DNA of 64,000 nucleotides from Podarcis bocagei (Eukaryota), in NCBI GenBank assembly GCA_964188305.1, contig OZ076890.1; one strand, given 5' to 3'. Below are positions 1 through 10,520 of this stretch, piece after piece (the stretch's first letter is position 1; each line of letters starts with the position of its first letter). Under the pieces are notes generated by a model, which did no database searches, was not told the origin of the DNA, and was given only the letters and a program-made list of their open reading frames with translations. A program made the position numbers and the translations under genes.

Positions 1-80
1 TGAACAGAATATTATGTGAATAACTAGACCACCTTTGCTCTTCCTGTTTTCCTTGTATGCCTGAACTGTTCCTGTTGAAG

Positions 81-760
81 TTACAGATAGGTAGCCGTGT
101 TGGTCTGCCATAGTCAAAATAAAAAAATTCCTTCCAGTAGCACCTTAAAGACCAACTAAGTTAGTTCTTGGTATGAGCTTTCGTGTGCACAAACAGGCCA
201 AACCTTACGCCAAAGAATAAACGGACACAAACAGGCCAAACCTTACGCCAAAGAATAAACGGACATAAATCTGACATCAAGAATCACAAAACAGAGAAAC
301 CAGTAGGAGAACACTTCAATCTCCCAGGACATTCTATACAAGATCTCAAAGTAGCTGTTTTACTACAAAGGAATTTCAGAAATAGACTGGAAAGAGAAGC
401 TGCTGAATTGCAACTCATTACCAAACTCAAAACCATGGAGAGACCTGGTCTGAACAGAGACATTGGATTCTTATCTCATTATACATGACTAAGCCATTTC
501 TCACCTTCTCACCCCTTGCCTTTTCCTGTAAGACCTATTACAGTCGTTAAGAGTCGTCAACAGGCTCATCTCAGCTATCTGCCAATCTCCCATTCCCACC
601 ACCCTTCTGAGTAATACCCCTCCCCACCTTCTCACTATATAGAAGGATCTGGCAACTTCTGTTTCAGTGTATCTGAAGAAGTGTGCATGCACACGAAAGC
701 TCATATCAACAACTAACTTAGTTGGTCTTTAAGGTGCTACTGGAAGGAATTTTTTTATTT
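81..760 (+). mobile_element. Penelope-like retroelement (5'-truncated) with GIY-YIG C-terminus and inverted pseudo-LTR copy
   Basis: 14-bp TSD tgttcctgttgaag (67-80, 761-774). ORF fragment GQTLRQRINGHKSDIK..PVGEHFNLPGHS..REAAELQLITKLKT..GLNRD (226-488) is typical of the Penelope GIY-YIG endonuclease. About 120-190 is an inverted copy of about 688-760. Confidence 0.9.
669..706 (+). ncRNA. Minimal type-I hammerhead ribozyme motif in the Penelope pLTR
   Basis: GTAT-CTGAAGA-A-GTGTGCATGCACAC (palindromic stem II)-GAAA-GC-TC-ATAT. CUGANGA and GAAA cores are present with a very short palindromic stem III. The inverted copy reads ..CTC-ATAC, giving a perfect stem I. Such motifs are an established feature of Penelope-like elements. 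Confidence 0.75.
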
Positions 761-1569
761 TGTTCCTGTTGAAGACTGAGTGCTGTACTGGATGTACTTT
801 TCAGCTTGTTCCAGCAAAGCAGTTCTTAAGTTCATGCATTTTTTAAAAAAAAACAGCTTGATTAAGGTTGCTGAATCACCATTGCAGTGTCATTAATGTT
901 ATCTAACTAGGCTTAAGAGGCATTAAATCAGCTATATGTAAACAGTCTACCAGGAACTGTCTGTGTTGACCACTGCATTGAAACATGTGTTGGAAGGTAT
1001 GAACACTAATCTCTTCCAAGAAAAGACAGAAGCAAGGAAAAATTTTGTTTGTTTTGGAAATTTGTTTCCACCCCCACTCTGATCTGAAGTGGGGGTGGAA
1101 ACAAAACATGAAAAAGATACCTGTAATCAGTATAAAATAACAGCTTGGGGCCCAGTTTTGACTGGGGGGGGAATAGCACAGGGGAATGTGTTAAAAATAG
1201 GTAACTATACTTTCTCCCCAAGGGGCAAATAGCAGTGCAAATGTTTCCCCACCTCCAGCTGCTCTAGACAAAATAGCAACCCCCTTGGGCTGCATTTCAG
1301 TATTTTAAAAAATCAATACGCCAGTGGACAGTGTAGCCCTTTTGCAATGCCTCTGAGGACCCTTCACAGGTAGTCCTGAAAGTTACAGTGCTACAAACCT
1401 CCATTGCTATACACCCCTATATGAATGGCCAGTGGCATCAGAGGTAGGACAGGTGCATCGGTTGGATGGAAAGGTACGGCACAATCCTCATTACCATTCC
1501 CCACTATAGGGAGGGGAATAATCAGGACTGTATCATCCATTCCTACCTTTAGTCTACAAGCCTATGCAC

Positions 1570-1904
1570 CAGTGGCGTAGCGTGGTTTGTCAGTGCCCGG
1601 GGCCATGCAGATGGGTAGGTGAGTGGGAGGGAGGGGAAATGGTCAGAGTACACATGTGCATTCAACTGCCTAATGGCATCCACATCACCCAGGAGATCGC
1701 AGCTGCAGAGATAAGAAAAGAAGAGTCATTCCGTTGTCTGGAGAGGTCATTTCCGGGTGTGCATGGAGAAGCTGTTATCAACGAAGTCCACCAATGGAAA
1801 AACGCATCTATATTGAGGAAGCACCGGGTGTTGAAATTTTGCACCCTTAACAGTTTTGTGCCCAGGGCAACCACCCCTGTGCCCCCCCCCATGGTACGCT
1901 ACTG
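1570..1904. mobile_element. hAT-type non-autonomous DNA transposon (MITE)
   Basis: TIRs cagtggcgta../..tacgctactg; near-perfect 8-bp TSD ctatgcac/taatgcac. Confidence 0.75.
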
Positions 1905-2464
1905 TAATGCACACTTACCCTGTTCCATTTCATCCTCTGCTTTAACAGCGATTGCCTAGTGAAAGTGAGGCACAAAGGCAATTTAAACTCTATGAACAAC
2001 TGCAAACCAGAAGTCCGTAATCTCAACCATGAACTCACTAAGTTGCCTTTGGCAAGCCATTAACCATCACCAGCAGCAGCAGCCTCAGTCCCTCTCTGCA
2101 ATTGGGGCTGTGGAAACCAGCCTACTTGTCAAGAATAGTAGACAGATTGATGAGATACTCCAGTGTTTCATTTATGTATACAATCTACCTTTCTGCGATA
2201 AAATCACCCACCAGGTGGGTACTAGTAACAGCAAAGATCCAGGGGGCGATGCTTGGGGAATGGTCCCCCAATTATAGAGCAGTCCATGAGAGACCATACA
2301 TATTCAGTATTAGAGGGTAGATTAAAAATAGCAGATGTTCAAGTAGACACATCATTTAAAGCACAACCCTGGGTCTACCAAGTCCTACTGAGTTCACTGG
2401 GATTTACTCCAAGGTAAGTGTATATATTGCAACTCCAAGAATGCTGTGCATAGAGAAAGGGCTG

Positions 2465-2922
2465 NNNNNNNNNNNNNNNNNNNNNNNNNNNNNNNNNNNN
2501 NNNNNNNNNNNNNNNNNNNNNNNNNNNNNNNNNNNNNNNNNNNNNNNNNNNNNNNNNNNNNNNNNNNNNNNNNNNNNNNNNNNNNNNNNNNNNNNNNNNN
2601 NNNNNNNNNNNNNNNNNNNNNNNNNNNNNNNNNNNNNNNNNNNNNNNNNNNNNNNNNNNNNNNNNNNNNNNNNNNNNNNNNNNNNNNNNNNNNNNNNNNN
2701 NNNNNNNNNNNNNNNNNNNNNNNNNNNNNNNNNNNNNNNNNNNNNNNNNNNNNNNNNNNNNNNNNNNNNNNNNNNNNNNNNNNNNNNNNNNNNNNNNNNN
2801 NNNNNNNNNNNNNNNNNNNNNNNNNNNNNNNNNNNNNNNNNNNNNNNNNNNNNNNNNNNNNNNNNNNNNNNNNNNNNNNNNNNNNNNNNNNNNNNNNNNN
2901 NNNNNNNNNNNNNNNNNNNNNN
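2465..2922. other. Assembly gap (N run)
   Basis: Run of Ns. Confidence 1.
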
Positions 2923-4212
2923 TTTATTTCTGTTTATTGGTAATGGTGCTAGCTTTAATTTATTCACTGCAATAACAAAAAACGCAACAGGCAAGTTGTG
3001 TCAATAAACAAACAGGACAACTTGCCCAAATTTCATTAAATTGACGCAACATCCCTTTCAAGAGTAAATTCTATCCATTTAACATCGCCAAGAGAAATGC
3101 CAGATTCCAGATCATGTCTTGTCCTGTTCATTAGCAGTGCCAAGTTGGCTGTGGCCACCTTGATTCACAATGCCAAGAGCAGCTCACTGCACAGAAAGCT
3201 TAGGATGTGCTCTAGGCATGCCTAAACAGCATTGTCTCACAACTGTAGCCTTTTATTGTTTTTCTGATAACATGCTATGCCACATATTTTGCTAGCCCTG
3301 TGGACGAATACTTGCTTGCATAGGTTCCCATGAGATAGCTGATGTCCATACCAGATAAAGCATTTTCTGACATTCAAAGGTATGTTCATTCTGGCCTGTC
3401 CCAATCACACCTGCTTCTTTATGTCAAAGTCTTTATCTCAAATGTCAGTCTTGGTCATTTTGTGACGTCCTGTTTACGGACTTACCACCAGACCTCAAAT
3501 CCCCATTTAAACTGGTGTTCGTAATGTTTAGCAAGATGGTGTATTTCAACATGACGTCTTCCTTTTACAATGTGAGTGACCCACTCCATATCCAAAGTAA
3601 AAATTATCATTCTGCTTTCAAAATATCTTTGCTGTTGTAGCATCGCCTTCGAAATCTAAACTAGAATCTGTGGCTATGTACATACTAGCAGCTTGGGACA
3701 GAGCAAGGTCGTTTTTCCTTGAAGTGTTTAGAGTCACATTTTCACATGGCTGTACATACCAGAGAAAGGGTGGGGATAGCTTTACAAGATGCACATTACC
3801 TGAGCTGTTTCCCCATGCCTGCAATCCCCATGCCTCCTGAACTCCTATTAAATGATGCTGTGATCTGCACATGCGCTGTCAACTGTGCACATGCAAAGGC
3901 TCTCTAAAATGTATACATAATCACAGCTTACGTATTCAAATTGGATGGAAGCCACTTTGAGGGGAAACATATCAAACAGTTGAGTTTCTTGAAAAACTAC
4001 AGGATAGATATGGATCGTGGTGATGTAGAAGGAAACAGGGAACCCTTTATCAGTGGCTAGCACCATGTGTACTCTGCTTCCAACATCAACAGTGAGAGCA
4101 CACTGGAGTCAGAGTAAATAGTATTGTATGCAGATTGTATCTAAACTGAAACGGTTTAGTTAGAACAAGTACAATGCGTACACATCAATATTTCTTTGAA
4201 GAAAGCTAGTAA

Positions 4213-4320
4213 CCCGGAAGCTGTACGCCGGCTCCCCCCGACCAATAAAGCGAGATGAGCGCCGCAACCCCAGAGTCTTCTGTGACTGGACCTAACGGTC
4301 AGGAGTCCCTTTACCTTTAC
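4213..4320 (+). mobile_element. 5'-truncated Sauria/Squam1 SINE
   Basis: Matches the 3' part of the full copy at 40000-40337 and ends in (ttacct)n; TSD ctagtaa (4206-4212, 4321-4327). Confidence 0.85.
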
Positions 4321-5624
4321 CTAGTAATGCTTGTACATTTGTAACTCAAGGTTCACAGCTGTAGTGCCCCTCACCACACACGCACACACAAATCATACTT
4401 ACTCCCACCCTAAAGTCTCCTTCCTAATTCCTGTAAATTCATTTTCATTTTTTTCTGCACTGAGCTACCCTTACATGAATTTCCTGGATATTTTTGTTGT
4501 TGTTTTTTGCATCCTTATTGCCTGTTTGTGCACTGTATGTGTGTCCGTCATGCCTGTGCCAGGGGGGCAGTTGGGTGAACTTGCCGCAGGCCTCAGAGGG
4601 CTAAGACTGCCAGGTGTCTGCTGGACTCACATTGTCATGCCCCAAATGTCCCGTTCCTCCTAGCTGACCGGGGACTCCCACCCCAGGCCTCAGACAAGTT
4701 CTGCATGGGCCTGGTGTGTGTGTGCTCAAGTTTATCTTTCCTCTTTTGGGGAAGACTTCCATTTTCTGAAGAAAGTTCCACACAACAAAGAAAAACCTAT
4801 GAATGGATGAAGTTTGCTACAGCTGTTATTTGGCAAGTATGATTTTTTTTCAAAAAGTCCTGCATCTACTATACAGCATAGCATTATACAGCTTTGGAAA
4901 ATATTGATCTGTTCTGCTCCACTGAATTTTAAAAAAAGCATTTGAAGAGCTGTAGTTCTTCCATGCAAGGTAGTGAGACAGAAAGAAACTGGACTGAAGC
5001 ATTTGCATCATTTGACCATGATTAATGGCTTCATATAGTTTATCTGATGGGGCTGGGGGGGAAATACGTCAAATGAAAGGATTTGTCGTACAATGGGTGT
5101 CAGAAATCAAGCCTTCCCCTGGATTCTTAAAGAAGCTTGCAAGATACCAGCAGTACAGCTGATGAAGAAATAACAGCAGATAAAGTAAACAGCAGAGCTG
5201 CTTAGAGATTATGGGAGCATTAGAAGGATTTCAACTCTTGGCTGAAAACATACCTTTAATGATGCAATTTCCTGCACAGAAAAATGCATCGCATTTGTCA
5301 TTGGCAACAGCAGAAGGGCTGACTCTAAGGTTTGGGATGGGGAGGCCTATTCAGAGGGAATGCAGCCCAGCTGATTTTCCTGGGGAAACCCGCCATTTAA
5401 TGCTGACTAGGAGCAAACGTCCATTCACAGAAAAAGCAATTGACTGGCCCTTTTTGCTGTGATTAGAATGGGATTGGCAAATGACTGTATTTATGCTGCT
5501 TTTATTATGTATTCTTATTCTGATTCTGATTCTGATTCTTATTTATACCCCGCCCATCATCCATTCATAAGTTTTCCTTCTTTGTGTGGAACTTTCTTCA
5601 GTAAATAGAAGTCTTCCCCAAAAG

Positions 5625-6043
5625 CGACAAAATATCAAACATTAAAAACTGCCTTCAGATGTCTTCTAAAAGTCAGAGAGTTGTTTATTTCCTTGACATC
5701 TGATGGGAGGGTGTTCCACATGGTGGGCGCCACTACTGAGAAGATCCTCTGCCTGGTTCCCTGTAACCTCACTTCTTGCAGTGGGGGAACCACCTAAAGG
5801 CCCTCAGTGCTGGACCTCAGTGCTGAAGGATGGGGGTGGAGACACTCCTTCAGGTAAACTGGGCCAAGGCCGTTTAGGGCTTTAAAGGTCAGCACCAACA
5901 CTTTGAATTGTGCTTGGAAATGTACTGGGAGCCAACATAGGTCTTTCAGGACCGGTCTTATGTGGTCTCGGTGGCCACTCTCAGTCACCAGTCTAGCTGC
6001 CACATTCTGGATTAGTTGTAGTTTCCAGGTCACCTTCAAAGGT
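5625..6043 (-). mobile_element. L2-clade LINE 3' fragment
   Basis: Translates to LKVTWKLQLIQNVAARLVT..LCWLPVHFQAQFKVLVLTFKALNGLGPVYLKE, nearly identical to the copy at 63270-63690. The tail continues at about 5510-5556. Confidence 0.9.
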
Positions 6044-6070
6044 GCACCGCTTTTTTCTTGATATTCTCTC

Positions 6071-6394
6071 TGTTGTAGCACCCTGCTTGTGGTTAACGCT
6101 TAGCTGGAATGAAATATTCAACGCAGCAATAGAGAAATTAAAATAATTATTTATTTGTCAGACAAATAAATGAGAGGCACAGTGGTATATGGTTACCAAG
6201 CTCTGGCCTGGCTCCTGCCATTATGGCCAGCCCTTATATTCCCTTAATCCAGCCCCCTTTGCTCCTCCTGTGGCTGCCTCTGTCCAATCAGCCTAGTTGG
6301 ATTTCCTATTGGCTGATTGCTATATCCAATCCTAAAAGATACACCCACATCCTCCTGTCCTTATATGGAACACAAACAGCTATATATTGTTACA
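6071..6394 (-). mobile_element. Possible solo LTR
   Basis: TG..CA ends, with CCAAT, TATA-like and AATAAA motifs in LTR order on the minus strand. TSD is unclear. Confidence 0.35.
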
Positions 6395-7371
6395 TCTATA
6401 AATGACAAATAAGTAGTAATATATCTTACATGTGTCTCAACAAGGAATCTTAATTACCAGCTCACCTCTTGCCCTCCCTGCCCTATTGCCTTCTAAAACA
6501 AATGGTTAATCTTAAATTTTTATCTTAAACATATGTCAAGGATCTTGAGTTTCACATCAACATTGAAAGATATCCTTCATTTGAAGGTTTCTAAACAAAT
6601 GTCTGACAGCTAATATATCTGGACAGCATTTGATGGCGTCTTCCTGTCTGGCAGGGGGGCTAAACTGCTGGCTGACTTAATTCCAGGATAAATACAACTC
6701 TTCTAGCATTTGTTAAATCCTTTGCATAATTACATTTAAGCCAATATACTTAATACACAACACAGGTAGCCTCCTAAAAGGAATAAGGCCTTTTTAAAGT
6801 AGAGAGAGAAAGAAAAAAAAGAACTCAGTTTAAAACAGTTTCAGAAGAAACCTCTTCAGTTTACATCCCCCCCCCTTCTCCAGCCAGTTGCTTTTCCCAT
6901 TAGCTCTTCCTCAAACTCTCTCAGTTTAAGAAAGATACAGCTTTAAAAAGACTTCCCAAAAAAAGCCTCTCTTTCTCTGTCAGCTAGATGCTTTTCCCCA
7001 TTTGCCTCTGGCCTTAGAAAATACAGCTCAAGGTTTAAGAGAGGCCCATGGTATCATTTTACTATTTGCCCATTCCTAATTATATTTATCTCTGCCTTTG
7101 TTATCTTCTGTAACATGTAGGGTCAGTGTCATTACTCAGTCTGTATTTTCAGCTTTTACGACTTTGAGAATTGTTTTCTGCTATCAATCAAAGGGGGGGC
7201 CCCTTGTCTTAGGAGAATGGCCAAGGTTTTCTCTGCCTGGCATGAAACATTTGAAAATCTACTTTTGAAAATCTAAGCCCTCTTTAATATACAAGTCCTG
7301 ATCAAACATTAATAAAATGCAGGCTTATGCCTGATGCCTCACTGTCTCTGTCTCTCTCTGTCTGTCTCTTT

Positions 7372-7372
<1 letters not shown>

Positions 7373-7407
<35 letters not shown>
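7373..7407. repeat. (CA)n microsatellite
   Basis: Read directly. Confidence 0.95.
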
Positions 7408-7410
<3 letters not shown>

Positions 7411-9532
7411 GAAGCATGAACTCAGTGGGACTTACTTCTAAGTATCCATGCATATGAATATGCTGAAATTGCAAATCGATAAAACAAGTAAGTCTCTGGG
7501 CAGGGCACTAAGTGGCCAAAGTGTGCAAGGGAAGCTTTGTAGGCACCACAAAAAGAAAAAGATGAGCCCCTTCATTTGTTACTTGTATTAGGGAAGAGAA
7601 ACTGTCGGGCAGAAATTCTACCAAAATGCACACATGTGGGAGAATAAGAGGGAAATGTCAGGGGCCCTAGCAGAGACATCCCCACCCACGCAAGTGAAGA
7701 ACCAACTAGCCTGGAAACATCGTTTCAAATACTGCTTACACAAAGGGAATCCATTAGGTCATTTTAAAAAAGGGAACTGCGATGTCATTATTGAATATTG
7801 AATAATATTGAAAGAAGGTGTTGCTTAACTGACACATGAAGATCTTGTGTACTGCTTCCTCAACAGGGCCATCTAACAACTTGCCTAAATGAGCAGAGCC
7901 AGCTCCAGGACCTGAGGCAATAGCATATGCTGGGATAGGGAAGAAGCATTTACCTCACCGTCACTTACTGAAAGGAAGAGTGGGAAAGAACACAGCAGGG
8001 AGGTCAGCACTGGGCAAATGCAGTGGCAAGAGTGCCATACTAGCTCAATGGTGGACCTTGGGGGTCTTAAATTTCAGTAGCATGCCCCTCAACTGTCCCA
8101 AGAAAACTAGAACACCTTGTTTTTTTGTGCGAGAGCATTGTGGCCATTTGGGGCGCCACAATCTCACACCACCATCTCGGCCTGAAAAAAGCACTTTTCC
8201 CCGGGGCCACAATCCCATGTGGCACCCCCAAATGTGCATTTTTGGGTGGCAGGCCTTTAAAAAGCATGTCTTTCGAGGCCGCAATTTCATGTGAGTCACT
8301 CACACAGGAATGCAGCCCCGTAAGACAGTGGCCTGGTTTTTTTGCTTCACCATGTTGGAGGGTATGTTCTAAGTTGTCCTAGCAGACACCTAAGCTAAGT
8401 AAAAAAGAAAATTATGAATCCATATCTAATTGGCTTCAACAGAGCTCCTTACACTCACACTTATGGAAATCCAATGCTTCGTAAGTGTCACTGAGGACAA
8501 TAGTTTGGCATAGATGATCTTCCTAATTTAGTATGATTATCAAACTGGAAAGAACTCACTTTAACTAACTAAGCATGGGTTAATCAGCAGGGAGTGTATT
8601 TAAAATACAAGGAGATGTGCTCACACAACACACTGTGCCTTTTTCTACAGTGTTAATGGTTTCAGTGTTGCCTTTTAATATAAGACTCATGAACCAAAAC
8701 CCATTTTAGTGACTACTTTACGATGATGGTGGCAGGGAAACAATTAGACTTTCACCAGTGGCATGTAGTCAGTAGGGGGACTAGGCTAGTCTCCTAAATG
8801 TTTTTGGTAAATTAGCATATTAAAGTATTAAAGCCTGGTGCCTCATTCTCAAAGCCCAGGAAGCTTTTGCCTGGCTTCGGGAAGGAGGTGCAATGCTCAT
8901 GGCAGGATGACAGGACCTCACGCACAGGGTGTTGCCCCTGCCCATCGCCCTTGCAAGTTGGCGCCTCTGACCCTAACTGGTCCCCTACGCACACAAAAAT
9001 TCACTGCACACCACTGAATTCCATCACCATTTCATATTCTCAATATCTCCAACACAGCTGTTCCAAGTTACATGGGGACGTTCACAACCTAGTCCCTGGG
9101 AGAGACTGGGACTAGTTCGCAAAGCATTGTGTAGATTAAATTGCTTGCATCTTTTCCAAGTTGAACTGGTTGTCTGAGGTTACTGTGGAGGCATCTACTG
9201 CACCATCTTATCAGGTTGTTATGGATGCCTTTCAGTTTGTTCAGCCTTAGGATGTGGACACAGGAGCTCTGGAGGAACAAGACTGGCCACATGCACCTGC
9301 AACTCCTGGCATTCTTCTCTAATTAAAAAATTACATGTTGCTATCTAAATATATGGTAGAAGTTGTTAATGCCTCTCTGCAAGATGGCCATAGTCTATTT
9401 ATACTAAAGAAGGGATCTTTTTTTTGGGGGGGGGATATTTTAGCAAATAGTGTTTGCTATTCCACTCTTGTGTGAAGTAAGAAGGTGCATGGTAGCAACC
9501 CTCCTCAATGCTTTCCTGGAGAAAGTCAGCTA

Positions 9533-9790
9533 CCGTATTTTTCGCTCTATAAGACGCACCAGACCACAAGACGCACCTAGTTTTTGGAGGAGGAAAACAA
9601 GAAAAAAATATTCTGAATCTCAGAAGCCAGAACAGCAAGAGGGAACGCTGTGCAGTGAAAGCAGCAATCCCTCTTGCTGTTCTGGCTTCTGGGATAGCTG
9701 CGCAGCCTGCATTCGCTCCATAAGATGCACACACATTTCCCCTTACTTTTCAGGAGGGAAAAGGTGAGTCTTATAGAGCAAAAAATACGG
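9533..9790. mobile_element. Tc1/pogo (Tigger-like) MITE
   Basis: TIRs ccgtatttttcgctctataagac / gtcttatagagcaaaaaatacgg, with TA on both sides. Confidence 0.85.
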
Positions 9791-9924
9791 TATATTAATT
9801 CCTTACATTCTTGCTTTCAGTATGGTTCAGAAACTGCCTTGGCTGCCCTAGCAGATAATTTATACTAGAAGACAGATTGGGAAGCAGCAATAAATCAGCC
9901 ATCAGCCATCTCTTCTTCTCTTGT

Positions 9925-10140
9925 GAAAGTGACCACGTATGAGCTACATATACATTAGCTTCCTTACACTTGACATTCAATGTGGATCGGGTAAAAACAG
10001 GGCTTGGACAAATGGGGCGTTGCAGCACAACTGATCGGCTGATCAGTGGTGCCCACAAAGCCTTCCATGCAGCACTTCCCATCACTGACAATCAACAATG
10101 TTGGGAAGTGCTGCATTTCCACCATTGTCCAGGGCCAGTC
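9925..10140 (-). mobile_element. Possible decayed hAT transposase C-terminal (dimerization-domain) remnant
   Basis: QWWK..*..AAWKALWAP..TRSTLNV..NVYVAH resembles the hAT WW..A..L..P..R.RL...LVYV pattern, with an internal stop. Confidence 0.35.
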
Positions 10141-10482
10141 CTACCATGTAGCGGCATGAAGCAATTTGCTTTAGGCAGCACTTTAAATGGGGGTGGGTGA
10201 GAGAGATGAAAGGAGGAACTGATGTCTGAATGTTGCAGCAGACTTTTCCCTAGCAGGGAGCAAGCACCATTTGGACTCCATTTTGCTCTGCAAAATGTCT
10301 CGGACTGACACTGCCATTCTCTTAGGACACTACATCTTCCTGCTCCCTTACAGCCCCTTTCTTTCCATATCCAACTCATGCCAATACCTTGATCAGTGCA
10401 ACTGTAGCTCTACAGCAATTGGGTGTTTGGCTGCACTGATTCTGCAACAGAATGGCATTATTATCATTGCCATTAGTCTTTT

Positions 10483-10520
10483 TTTGTTTTGTTTTGTTTT
10501 GTTTTGTTTTGTTTTGTTTT
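10483..10520. repeat. (GTTTT)n microsatellite
   Basis: Read directly. Confidence 0.9.

Larger units (their letters stand above)
1..4380 (-). pseudogene. Decayed endogenous viral element: paramyxovirus-like (Mononegavirales) L polymerase gene remnant, interrupted by TEs and an assembly gap; runs off the window start
   Basis: Manual minus-strand translation gives collinear fragments resembling morbillivirus L as recalled: EGH..P*VTN (~4372-4340), HIYP..QLFDM (~4010-3970), KIF*KQNDNFYFGYG then EDVMLKYTILLNIT (~3629-3520), CFIWYGHQ (~3360-3340), AFC..SRWP (~3200-3150), SGISLG..IEFTLERDVAS then EIWAS.P (~3104-3015), LGDH..AVT..ETLEYLINLSTIL..AGFH (~2271-2110), LKV..D..VP..LMPLAIHIG..GGL (~1554-1394), YLFLTHSP (~1203-1180), ..CS (6-1). 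Many stops and frameshifts; no database search was run. Confidence 0.68.

Noticed and set aside
2404-3007. Long ORFs in the ORF track
   Set aside because: Artefacts of the N run.
3440-3900. Bornavirus or class-III glycoprotein reading (several N-x-S/T sequons, QPCENVT)
   Set aside because: The same fragments align better and collinearly with the N-terminal part of a paramyxovirus-like L (WK..D.F...G, E...L.Y..L..IT, GH motif about 58 codons later).
4400-4430. Paramyxovirus-like intergenic CTT plus AGGG gene-start just upstream of the L remnant (gactttagggtggg on the minus strand)
   Set aside because: The spacing is imperfect and there is no A-rich gene-end immediately before it; too short to support.
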